Assembly (NCBI GenBank): GCA_026413805.1
Contig: JAOAKE010000004.1
Coordinates: 1 to 36,862 of the forward strand
Reading direction: 5' to 3'
From: Candidatus Micrarchaeota archaeon
GTDB taxonomy: Archaea; Micrarchaeota; Micrarchaeia; Anstonellales; Anstonellaceae
Length of the DNA: 36,862 bases
Shown: positions 1-8,207 of the stretch, one piece after another
Layout: every line of letters starts with the position of its first letter
How positions within the stretch are numbered: position 1 is the first letter of the stretch
Position numbers and translations under genes: made by a program
Notes under the pieces: model-generated
Seen by the model: the letters and a program-made list of their open reading frames with translations, nothing else
The model's database searches: none
What the model was told of the DNA's origin: nothing

Positions 1-2
1 AG

Positions 3-488
3 CTTACCCTGTGGGATGAGGCTGGCGAGCAGGGGCTTGGCGGCAACGTCACCTTCAAGGTAAAGGTCAAAGTGACCACTGACGTAATGGACATGGGGGT
101 TGAGCCTTCTTTTCTGTCAGTTGGAGCTGGTCAGCCAGCGCGCTATACTATAACCGTGGTGAACAAGGGCATAGGAGCAGACACTTTCACAGTTGGCTCG
201 AGAGGAGTGCGAAATTGGCTTTTCCAACGCAGCCTCTACATCCCTGCAGGCACTTCTAAGTCCATAAGCTATGAAGTTGTGGGTGAAGAGGAATCAGAAT
301 ATTCCCTGAAGCTCTGGGCGCGCTCCTCCTCTTCTGAGCAGATTTATGCAGAAAGGGAGGTTTCTCTTAGGGTGCGCACAGACTTGTTCTCAGACTATCG
401 CGCAGTAAATCACGGCGTGCTCTTGTTTCCAATAACCCAAGCCCCACTATATTTTGTAGTCGGGCTTTTGTCCAACCTGCTTCCCTGA
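3..488 (+). CDS. 5'-truncated hypothetical surface protein (Ig/CARDB-like beta-rich domain with hydrophobic C-terminus)
   Basis: Frame is open from position 3 (LTLWDEAGEQGLGGNVTFKVKVKV) into ORF 72..488. Alternating beta-strand pattern (YTITVVNKG..DTFTV) and hydrophobic C-terminal segment. Confidence 0.6.
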   Translation, partial: LTLWDEAGEQGLGGNVTFKVKVKVTTDVMDMGVEPSFLSVGAGQPARYTITVVNKGIGADTFTVGSRGVRNWLFQRSLYIPAGTSKSISYEVVGEEESEYSLKLWARSSSSEQIYAEREVSLRVRTDLFSDYRAVNHGVLLFPITQAPLYFVVGLLSNLLP

Positions 489-497
489 GTGGTATTG

Positions 498-2156
498 ATG
501 CGCAAAGAAAGTTATTCTGCAAGCAGCGGCTATGCTGCAGCAGCTATCCAGCGGCTTATTGGGAAAATCCCACCATTCAAGCCAAGAAAAGATAAAGAAG
601 GAGAGGCAGGGCAGCGAATTTCTGCTGCAAAAGAAGCTGCTGCGCTGTTGGTTGAAAAAAAATTTCCGCTCTCGCAGGTGAAAAAATCAATCTCAGAAAA
701 ATACAAAATCCCATACCTTAAAAATTCCGAAATCCTCCGCTTCGTACCTCGCTCGCAAACCGCCCTTCGCTCTTTGCTTTTGAAGTCACCCTCCCGCACG
801 CTTTCAGGGGTTTCGCCAATTGCCATAATGCCACCTCCTGCTTCTTGCGGGGGCAACTGCATCTACTGCCCAAGAGGCGAGAACGCCCCGCAGTCATACA
901 CAGGGTTTGAGCCAACGACAATGCGGGCAATCCAAAATGATTATTCTGCCAGCAGGCAGGTGCTGGCACGCATTCGCCAATACAATCAGCAGGGCCACCC
1001 GACCGACAAGTGCCACCTTATAATAATGGGCGGAACCTTCCTATGCGTTGGGAAGAGAAAGCGGCATCTATTCATGAAAGAGGCATTTGAGGCCCTGAAT
1101 GGGAAAAAGGCGCATTCGCTTCGCCAAGCAATAGATGAGAACGAGCATGCCCCTCACAGGGCAGTGGGGGTGACATTTGAAACCCGCCCAGACTTTGCCT
1201 TTGAGCCGCATGCAGACGAGATGCTGCAAATGGGCGGGACACAGGTGGAATTGGGAGTGCAGTCGCTCTCTGACATTGTATATCGCAAAGTGAATAGGGG
1301 GCACACCATCGGAGATGTTGTGCGCGCCACCGCAGTGCTAAAGGACAGCGGATTCAAGGTGCTCTATCACATGATGCCTGGGCTTTTTTCCACCCCCAAG
1401 CAAGACATATCCTATTTTCGCAGGCTTTTTAGCTCTCCTGACTTTCGCCCAGACATGCTCAAGATATACCCCGCGCTTGTTGTTGCAGGCACTGGGCTTT
1501 ACCAACTTTGGAAGGCTGGAAAATTCTGCCCCTATGGCACAGAAGAGGCAGCAGAGGTTATAGCAAAGGCTACGGAATACATCCCTCCCTATGTGCGAAT
1601 AATGCGGGTTCAGCGCGACATCCCCTCCCCTCTTGTCTGCGCAGGAGTGAAAAATTCCAACCTGCAACAAATTGTTGAAAAAAAGCTCTCCGAAAGAGGC
1701 AAAAGGTGCCGCTGCATAAGGTGCCGCGAAATCGGAAGCACTGCAAGAAAAGGTGCGCCAGTAAGGCAGCTTAACCTAAGCCTGCAGAGGATAGATTACC
1801 AGGCAAGCAAGGGCAAGGAGGTATTCCTCTCGTTTGAGGATGTGGAAAAAGGCCTGCTTGCTGCCTTTCTCCGCCTGAGAATCCCGCATAAAAGCCACCG
1901 CAAGGAAATAAGAGGCATTTCTTCAATAGTCCGCGAGCTGCACGTCTATGGGCAGGAGGCTGAAATAGGGCAGCGAAGCGAGGCCAAATTCCAGCACAAG
2001 GGATTGGGGAGGCGCCTGATGGAAGAGGCGGAAAAAATCACAAAAGAGGAGTTTGGCTTGGAAAAAATATGCGTGATTTCAGGGCCAGGGGCGCGAGGCT
2101 ATTACCGAAAGCTTGGCTACTCATTAAACGGGCCCTATATGGCAAAAAGAATATGA
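498..2156 (+). CDS. elp3: Elp3 tRNA uridine(34) carboxymethyl/acetyltransferase (radical SAM + GNAT)
   Basis: SRTLSGVSPIAIM, CxxxCxxC cluster (CGGNCIYCP), PQSYTGFEP, ETRPD, VRELHVYG, FQHKGLGRRL, GARGYYRKLGY. ATG at 498 chosen as start. Confidence 0.96.
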   Translation: MRKESYSASSGYAAAAIQRLIGKIPPFKPRKDKEGEAGQRISAAKEAAALLVEKKFPLSQVKKSISEKYKIPYLKNSEILRFVPRSQTALRSLLLKSPSRTLSGVSPIAIMPPPASCGGNCIYCPRGENAPQSYTGFEPTTMRAIQNDYSASRQVLARIRQYNQQGHPTDKCHLIIMGGTFLCVGKRKRHLFMKEAFEALNGKKAHSLRQAIDENEHAPHRAVGVTFETRPDFAFEPHADEMLQMGGTQVELGVQSLSDIVYRKVNRGHTIGDVVRATAVLKDSGFKVLYHMMPGLFSTPKQDISYFRRLFSSPDFRPDMLKIYPALVVAGTGLYQLWKAGKFCPYGTEEAAEVIAKATEYIPPYVRIMRVQRDIPSPLVCAGVKNSNLQQIVEKKLSERGKRCRCIRCREIGSTARKGAPVRQLNLSLQRIDYQASKGKEVFLSFEDVEKGLLAAFLRLRIPHKSHRKEIRGISSIVRELHVYGQEAEIGQRSEAKFQHKGLGRRLMEEAEKITKEEFGLEKICVISGPGARGYYRKLGYSLNGPYMAKRI

Positions 2157-2182
2157 CTCTCGCTCCTTAAAACAAGCAAGCA

Positions 2183-2626
2183 ATGTTGTGGGAGTCCTTG
2201 CTCACAAACAACTATGATTGTGACAACTCCTCATTTTTGGTGGCAGATGTTGCTTCAAGGCTGGGCATGCCAACATGGTTTCTTATTTTTCCTAACCATC
2301 TTGCCATAAGGACAGAAGATTTCTTTTTTGAAACCACTTGCGGACGATATTTCAGCTTGCCTTCTGCTGCAGGTAGTTTGCCTTTAAGCTGCAAAGAAAT
2401 TTCTGCATCAGATACCTCAATTGCTGCTTTCATATCCTACTCAAACAGAGGAGTTGCAAAATTCAGTCTGGGAGATTACATCGGTGCAATTGAAGATTTC
2501 ACAAAAGCGATAGAACTCAACCCAAACTATGCAGAAGCCTACTACAACAGAGGGCTTGCAAAAGTCAAACTGAAAGATTACGACAGCGCATTTATAGATA
2601 TCTTAAAAGCAAAAAGACTTATTTGA
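2183..2626 (+). CDS. Short transglutaminase-like core plus TPR repeats; possibly an N-terminally truncated remnant
   Basis: DCD...NHL...FETT pattern (candidate Cys-His-acid triad) followed by TPR motifs YSNRGVAKFSLGDYIGAIEDFTKAIELNP and AYYNRGLAK. In-frame TAA just upstream at 2168. Confidence 0.65.
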   Translation: MLWESLLTNNYDCDNSSFLVADVASRLGMPTWFLIFPNHLAIRTEDFFFETTCGRYFSLPSAAGSLPLSCKEISASDTSIAAFISYSNRGVAKFSLGDYIGAIEDFTKAIELNPNYAEAYYNRGLAKVKLKDYDSAFIDILKAKRLI

Positions 2627-2631
2627 ACAAA

Positions 2632-2762
2632 TGCGGCTGCCGGGATTTTCAGCTTTTAGAAGCAAAAAAGCATTTGAACCCGGGTCGCAAGCTTTCTCCA
2701 AACCTTTTTCGTTTTTTCAGGTTGTGGGAAGCTCGAATCCTACCAGGCTGGACTACAGCCGC
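2632..2762 (-). tRNA. tRNA-Gly(CCC) with two introns (37/38: 2694-2724, 31 nt; 59/60: 2646-2672, 27 nt)
   Basis: Minus strand: acceptor GCGGCTG/CAGCCGC, D-arm GTCC..GGAT, anticodon stem CGAGC/GCTTG with loop TT-CCC-A^A, T-arm CCGGG-TTCAAA^T-CCCGG. BHB-type helices TTCC/GGAG and TTCA/TGAA. Confidence 0.93.
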
Positions 2763-2782
2763 ACAGTATTCGTGTTCCAACC

Positions 2783-2812
2783 AGCTTGGTAATATAAAGC
2801 TTGGTAATATAA
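2783..2812. repeat. Perfect 15-bp tandem duplication AGCTTGGTAATATAA x2 in a divergent promoter region
   Basis: Identical copies at 2783-2797 and 2798-2812, each containing a TATA-like element. Confidence 0.9.
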
Positions 2813-2829
2813 ATATTGCTTGCAAAACA

Positions 2830-3075
2830 ATGCCATCAAGGCGCAAAGGCGCCTAGGCCGGAGACAACAAACCAATTATTGCAGCAATCCTAAGCTTCGT
2901 AATATCGGGCTTGGGGCACGTCTACCTTGGCAAGATAAAGAAAGGAATAGTATTCTTCATTGCAACAATCATCGGCACTTTCTTCTTTGTAATACCCGGA
3001 TTGATAGTCTGGGCAATAAATGTCTATGATGCATACATGGAAGCGCAGGGAAAGCCTGTTTGGAAGTTCGATTGA
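2830..3075 (+). pseudogene. TM2-domain small membrane protein interrupted by an in-frame TAG at codon 9 (pseudogene, error or readthrough)
   Basis: MPSRRKGA*AGDNKPIIAAILSFVISGLGHVYLGKIKKGIVFFIATIIGTFFFVIPGLIVWAINVYDAYMEAQGKPVWKFD. TAG at 2854-2856. TM2-like motif AAILS..GLGHxYLG..KG. Not in the ORF track. Confidence 0.75.
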
Positions 3076-3113
3076 GGGAGACAAATTAAATTATTTTTGG
3101 GCGGAAGCTTTCT

Positions 3114-4112
3114 ATGAAGCTTCCGCGCCAGGCTATTTTTGCATTCAATGCCAACATAGACCATCTTAAAAGCGCGGGGGAAGAGGATATCCTAAAGATA
3201 GAACAGGAGTTTCCTGAGATTGCCTCCGCGATGTCTGAGTCTTTTTCATGGGGAGTCCAGCGGGAAATGGCAATTGAAGAGCGAGCCTGCAAATTTTTTC
3301 TTTCAAACTTTGAGTTTGAGATGAAAATAGTAGGAGGGCAGGCAGGAAATGCTGCCGAGCAAGCCTCTGCACTTGGGGTGGAGTGCTACCTGCACACCAA
3401 TTTTGCAAACAGCGACCTTGTCTCCCTCTTTTCGCATCCTGAAAAAATTTTCCTTGCATCTGAGAATGGCTTTGTGCGAGCAAATGAGTTGTCAGCTTTG
3501 CAGCCTTCTGCCCACCACTTTGTCTTTGAAAACAAAGAAAGCCGAACGCGCTTCATTGCTTCTTATGACCCATTCCCGCTGCACCCTGATTCCAACTTTT
3601 GCAGGAATATCCAAGGGGTGCTGCCACAAATTGACAAGGCATTCGTTGGCGGCTTGCACCTTGCCAAGTCCCCTGCACAACTGCAAAGGTTCTTGGATGA
3701 AATGAAAAAGTGGAAGGAAGCCAACCCCTCACTTTTGATTTTTTTTGAGATGGGCGAGTTTCTCTCGCGTGAAGTCCTCAAGGCAGCCGAAAGCGAGATA
3801 TTCTCAATCGCCGACATTGTTGGGCTGAACGAGGTAGAGCTTGCTTCACTTGGCTTTGAGCTGCACGACATTTCTAAAAATATAAAAACAGCGCTTTTTC
3901 ATACCCCTGAAGAGCAGCAGGTCTTTCCCCACGAGAAGACCAATGCGGCTGCCCTTGAATTTGCCCGCAGGTGTGCAAGCTTTTTTGCGCAGACCGGTAG
4001 GCGGGCAGGCCTTGAAGACATAGTTGGCTACAAGCCGCAATTTATTGGCTCGCCGAAGCGCACAGTAGGGCTAGGGGACACCTTCTCCTGCGCCTATTTT
4101 CTTGCAGTCTGA
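3114..4112 (+). CDS. ADP-dependent glucokinase/phosphofructokinase family (ribokinase superfamily)
   Basis: AFNANID, GGQAG, GLNEVEL and C-terminal TVGLGDTFS anion-hole motif. Confidence 0.88.
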   Translation: MKLPRQAIFAFNANIDHLKSAGEEDILKIEQEFPEIASAMSESFSWGVQREMAIEERACKFFLSNFEFEMKIVGGQAGNAAEQASALGVECYLHTNFANSDLVSLFSHPEKIFLASENGFVRANELSALQPSAHHFVFENKESRTRFIASYDPFPLHPDSNFCRNIQGVLPQIDKAFVGGLHLAKSPAQLQRFLDEMKKWKEANPSLLIFFEMGEFLSREVLKAAESEIFSIADIVGLNEVELASLGFELHDISKNIKTALFHTPEEQQVFPHEKTNAAALEFARRCASFFAQTGRRAGLEDIVGYKPQFIGSPKRTVGLGDTFSCAYFLAV

Positions 4113-4127
4113 GCAGGAAGCAAAAGG

Positions 4128-4252
4128 TGCGACCGCCGGGATTTCCACCCCTGCTTCGGATTTGAACCCGGCTCGCGAGATTTTTGCGGACGATTCTGCA
4201 AAAACCATTGCCCTGGCAATCTCGAATCCTAACCAGGCTAGACTACGGTCGC
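4128..4252 (-). tRNA. tRNA-Gly(GCC) with two introns (37/38: 4182-4213, 32 nt; 59/60: 4142-4160, 19 nt)
   Basis: Minus strand: acceptor GCGACCG/CGGTCGC, anticodon stem CGAGA/TCTCG with loop TT-GCC-A^A, T-arm CCGGG-TTCAAA^T-CCCGG. BHB helices TTGC/GCAA and TTCA/TGGA. Confidence 0.93.
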
Positions 4253-4348
4253 ACCGCAGAGTGGGATTTGCAAATTCCCATTTAAAACAATTGCGCTTTT
4301 TTTGGCTTCGCCGAATGTTTTTTATAATGTGTCTGAGCTTTTAGGTGC

Positions 4349-4978
4349 ATGAAGCGGTGCGGGTTCATCTTCTCACTGGACGCCTTTGTCGCATTCACAA
4401 TAATTACAATCACAGTCAGCCTCCTTATATTCATAATCGGGGTGCCAAAGGGCTACTATTCCATGCTGGAGCAAGCCCACCTTCTCTCATTTGACTGCCT
4501 GCAGGTCCTTTCTACCTCTTCTTTTTCAGGCTTTTCGCCGCCCACCTACCTGGACATAATTCTTTCAAATTCGCCGGGCCACCCCCTTTCAAGTGAGATA
4601 ATGAGAAACATTGTTGGAGGCAGCACAAATGTCTCGCGCAGGCCAATAATTCCAAAGGGATATGGGTTTGTTTTGGAAGACTTTGACTTCTCCACTGACA
4701 GCTGGAGGGTCCTTTACAATTCATCAGCAGACCCGCTTTCAGACCGTTTTGGAAAAGCCTATTCCAAGCTGCAAGCGTCATCAACAATCTTTGTCTCATC
4801 TTACAGCGTGCCTCCCTCTCCTGGAGAGTCCATGTATTGCTATATTTCTTGCAAGGGATACCAGCCAGACGGGTCTTATCGCTCCACTTGTGATGTTACC
4901 CCGTGCAGCAGGCCACTTGATAACTTCGGTGTAGGCGCAAACTCCCTTCACCTAGTCAAGCTCACAGTATTTGCGTGA
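4349..4978 (+). CDS. Class III signal peptide (pilin-like) protein
   Basis: N-terminus MKRCG|FIFSLDAFVAFTIITITV followed by a hydrophobic helix. Cys-rich C-terminal region. Confidence 0.65.
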   Translation: MKRCGFIFSLDAFVAFTIITITVSLLIFIIGVPKGYYSMLEQAHLLSFDCLQVLSTSSFSGFSPPTYLDIILSNSPGHPLSSEIMRNIVGGSTNVSRRPIIPKGYGFVLEDFDFSTDSWRVLYNSSADPLSDRFGKAYSKLQASSTIFVSSYSVPPSPGESMYCYISCKGYQPDGSYRSTCDVTPCSRPLDNFGVGANSLHLVKLTVFA

Positions 4979-4982
4979 TATT

Positions 4983-6641
4983 ATGAAGAATTCAAGCAGC
5001 AGGAAAGGATTTTTATTTACTCTTCTTGCGCTCTCCATCCTGGGCTTTATCCTCATGGTCATGCCTATTTGGATTGCCACCTTTGAAAAGGCAGACCAGC
5101 GGGCAGCAGCCAGATTCAAAGGGGAGGCAATGCGCTCCCTCTTTCATGCAATTTCCGATGAAACCTTTTCTGATTTTGCAAACGCCTCCTCATTTTTTGC
5201 CCTGCGAAAGCTTACCTTGTATGCCTCCAATGTCTCCACCCCGCTTCCGTGGAAGGATTCAGCTGCAACAGACCCGCGCAATCCCCACACCGATGCAGTT
5301 GCGGAAAGCATCCTCTCATTGGTTTTGGAAGGGAATGCCACCCCCACATCTGTTCCGTTGGTTTATTCTGATGAGGAAAAGAACGCCTACACCTTTAAGG
5401 CTTGGAAGGACAGGGTTGCCAAAGCAGTAAACATGATGGGTTTCAACATCTCCTTTTCAGACCTTAAGAACTTCTCCTTCCGCCAAAGAGATGAATGGAC
5501 TGTTGAAGCCTATTTTGAAATGGAGATGAACATAAGCGATTTTGAAAAAACCATGCGCCAGTCCAAGAGGCTTCGCGCAAACGTCTCCTTTCCAATAAAC
5601 GGTTTTCGCGATGCCATGGTTTCAAGGATGGACGCTGTCCAGAGGTGCAATTCAGGGAGTTTGTGCACTAACTTTGTAGAACGACAGATATTCCGCAATG
5701 ACCAATATCCCTCGCCTGCGAGCTTGCAGCCAGTCTTGCTTAGCAGGCCGCCGCGCGCTGTTGGGGGAGGGGCAGGCTGGTTCTATGGCCCTATTACAAG
5801 CCTTTACCCATATGAAATGGAAATAGACCAGCTTGCCAACATCTCAAGCTACATCCTTGTAAGAAGCTGGGATGAAAACCTCACCAATTATGCCAACCTA
5901 TACGGAGGAATAATCATTACCAACCTGCCATCGGAAATTACTTACAATGTCACAGAAGGGAGCTGCGAGTACAACATTACTGAGCAAACACGCTGCATCA
6001 ACTGCATAAGGCGCTACACCTCAAACATGCCGGGCTGTGCTGCCAGGGTTGAGCTTGTTCCTGCCACCATAATAAACAGGCCTTTCTTGGAAATAGGCGG
6101 CTCAGATTGGATAAACGAAATAAGGGCGGTGCGCCGGGCAGGCCTTCCTGACGAGCGGTATGTCCTTATAGAAAACCAATATTCCCTGCCTGAGCAAAAG
6201 CTTGAGGGACACCACAGGCTGTGGGACTTAAGCAGCATTAGGGATGTTTTAATGTGCGGCTTTTATGTGAAAGGCAAAGGCCCCTCTTTCTTCCAGAGAA
6301 TGCTAGCAGATGCACAAAACATCAACAACCCTGCCCTTGGTATTGAAAGCTTTGTAGTAGGGACATGGGCGGGCGGGAGCGAAGACAGCAGCTACTCCAG
6401 CCCGCCACAGGATGCTTCCCATGAAACCTTCTCTCGGCTGGACTGGGAATTTTACAGGCGGTGGTCAGGCGAAAAGATAAAGGGCATGCCTGGCTGCAAG
6501 AGCCGCGAGATGTGCGGAAGCCCGGACAACAATGCCACCAAGCTCGGAGTGGGAAGGTTCACCCTTACAACCGATTCTATCGCAAGATATGGGCTGGGAG
6601 AGCTCTCATGCACAAAATATCCCCAAGCAGGATGCAGCTGA
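4983..6641 (+). CDS. Large class III signal peptide protein (candidate minor pilin/adhesin)
   Basis: SSRKG|FLFTLLALSILGFILMV, many paired Cys and N-x-S/T sequons, GPSFFQRM motif. Confidence 0.65.
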   Translation: MKNSSSRKGFLFTLLALSILGFILMVMPIWIATFEKADQRAAARFKGEAMRSLFHAISDETFSDFANASSFFALRKLTLYASNVSTPLPWKDSAATDPRNPHTDAVAESILSLVLEGNATPTSVPLVYSDEEKNAYTFKAWKDRVAKAVNMMGFNISFSDLKNFSFRQRDEWTVEAYFEMEMNISDFEKTMRQSKRLRANVSFPINGFRDAMVSRMDAVQRCNSGSLCTNFVERQIFRNDQYPSPASLQPVLLSRPPRAVGGGAGWFYGPITSLYPYEMEIDQLANISSYILVRSWDENLTNYANLYGGIIITNLPSEITYNVTEGSCEYNITEQTRCINCIRRYTSNMPGCAARVELVPATIINRPFLEIGGSDWINEIRAVRRAGLPDERYVLIENQYSLPEQKLEGHHRLWDLSSIRDVLMCGFYVKGKGPSFFQRMLADAQNINNPALGIESFVVGTWAGGSEDSSYSSPPQDASHETFSRLDWEFYRRWSGEKIKGMPGCKSREMCGSPDNNATKLGVGRFTLTTDSIARYGLGELSCTKYPQAGCS

Positions 6642-6651
6642 AAGTGAGAAG

Positions 6652-7113
6652 ATGCAAGCAGAGAAAGAAAAGATGCAAACCTGCGCAATGCGCGCGCAAG
6701 CAGCAACAGAGGTGCTTGTCCTTGTGGGCTTTGCGCTTGCCTTTATTTTGCCCTTTGCATTCCTTTTTCTGTCTACCACCTGGGGCGAGATAGGAAAGTC
6801 CTCCACACTCCAGGCAAAGATTGCTGTGCGAACCATTGCTGATGAGGCAGGCGAAGTCTATCTTCAAGGGCCAGGCTCAAAAAAAGTGATTTATGTCTAT
6901 TTTCCATCGGGAGTGGTTGATGGAGGGTTAAACGAAGGAATAGTGAGGCTGACTGTGGAAAGAGAAGGGCTAAGGCAGGACATTGTAAGCTATACATTTG
7001 CCAACATCTCGGGCTCTCTTTCAGGAAAAAGAATAGCAGGGATTCAAAGAATAAGGCTACAATATGTTTTTCCAGGAGATTATGTAAACATAAGCTATGT
7101 TGATTCCGGATGA
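6652..7113 (+). CDS. Class III signal peptide pilin (Q+1, E+5 type)
   Basis: MRA|QAATEVLVLVGFALAFILPF and IADEAGEVYLQGPGSKKVIYVYFP. Start is 6652 or 6688; the listed 6532 start overlaps the upstream gene. Confidence 0.8.
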   Translation: MQAEKEKMQTCAMRAQAATEVLVLVGFALAFILPFAFLFLSTTWGEIGKSSTLQAKIAVRTIADEAGEVYLQGPGSKKVIYVYFPSGVVDGGLNEGIVRLTVEREGLRQDIVSYTFANISGSLSGKRIAGIQRIRLQYVFPGDYVNISYVDSG

Positions 7114-7117
7114 GTTT

Positions 7118-7621
7118 ATGGAAGTTGCAGTTGGCAAGCTTGGGCAGGCAGCAGTGGAGTTCTTTGCCTATGCATCGTTTTTCTTGTTCGTTGTCCTAGT
7201 GGCAACAGCTGTTTTCTTACAGATTCAACAGCAGGAGCTTTCAAAGGCAGAAACTGCCTTTGCCCAAGAAACTGCCTATGAGTTTGCAGACCAAATTCAC
7301 ACAACATTCATTGCTGGGTCTGGCTTTAGGCAGTCAGTCTCTCTGCCCCAATCAATTCTTGGAAGGCCCTACCAGATCAAGATAAGCCGAAGCGGAAGCC
7401 CAAATGTGAGAGAAACAGGGATGGTGTATGTGGAGTGGAAAGGGGCAGGAGGGCAGCTTAGCTTTTCAGCGCCAACAGTGACAACCGCCTATGATGCAAC
7501 TACACATGCAGGCTTCATTAATGTGTCAGGGGATTTTATAATAATAAATCCGGCGAGCTACCCCGGAGTAAAGCTAAATATTTCAAATGAGAATGGAAGG
7601 ATACGGTTCAGCAGGGGTTAA
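7118..7621 (+). CDS. Class III signal peptide pilin (Q+1, E+5 type)
   Basis: GKLG|QAAVEFFAYASFFLFVVLV and AGSGFRQSVSLPQSILGRPYQI. Confidence 0.8.
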   Translation: MEVAVGKLGQAAVEFFAYASFFLFVVLVATAVFLQIQQQELSKAETAFAQETAYEFADQIHTTFIAGSGFRQSVSLPQSILGRPYQIKISRSGSPNVRETGMVYVEWKGAGGQLSFSAPTVTTAYDATTHAGFINVSGDFIIINPASYPGVKLNISNENGRIRFSRG

Positions 7622-7622
7622 G

Positions 7623-8186
7623 ATGGGCTTGAAAAAGGGGCAATATTTTTCCTTTGATGCAATTGTGGCAGCAGTAATAGGGATAATTGCACTTTCCACA
7701 CTGATAGCTTATTGGAGTGGCGCGCAGTCTGCGGTGGACAGCCGGGCCTTGCCTTTGCATTCCGAGGCAGCGCGCATGTCAGCAGCACTTCTTTCGCCAG
7801 GCGAGCCTGCCAACTGGACCAATTTCCTTCCACCCAGCGGTGGAATAGGCGGAAACATCAGGCAGGTTGGGATAGCCAGCCAATCCGGGGTATTAAATCG
7901 CACAAAGGTGAACGCCTTAATAGACAGGATAGGAGTCATTGGCGGGCCTTCCAGCCCAAAATATCCTGCTTATTTAGAGCTTGGCAGAATATTGCACACC
8001 CCTTCAAACTACTATATCCTTCTTGAAGCATCAGATTCAATTTATTCAAATATCTGCAGCACCTCTTCAGTCTGCCTCATCGGATGGCCTCCTCCTGCAA
8101 ATGCAACCGAAGTAGCCATCTTTCACCGCGGGGCAGTAAGTGAAGAGGGCATTCCTGTCCGCGTTCGCGTATTTCTTTGGCGCTAA
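7623..8186 (+). CDS. Class III signal peptide pilin-like protein
   Basis: LKKG|QYFSFDAIVAAVIGIIAL and LLSPGEPANW motif. Confidence 0.75.
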   Translation: MGLKKGQYFSFDAIVAAVIGIIALSTLIAYWSGAQSAVDSRALPLHSEAARMSAALLSPGEPANWTNFLPPSGGIGGNIRQVGIASQSGVLNRTKVNALIDRIGVIGGPSSPKYPAYLELGRILHTPSNYYILLEASDSIYSNICSTSSVCLIGWPPPANATEVAIFHRGAVSEEGIPVRVRVFLWR

Positions 8187-8207
8187 CTGAAAAAAACCGA
8201 AAAGAAG

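Noticed and set aside
486-500. TGA readthrough or selenocysteine joining the first ORF to elp3
   Set aside because: The proteins are unrelated, elp3 has its own ATG, and there is no redox-motif context.
2183-4252. Integrated mobile element bounded by the two tRNA-Gly genes
   Set aside because: No integrase and no duplicated tRNA 3' fragment. Both tRNAs are complete, distinct isoacceptors.
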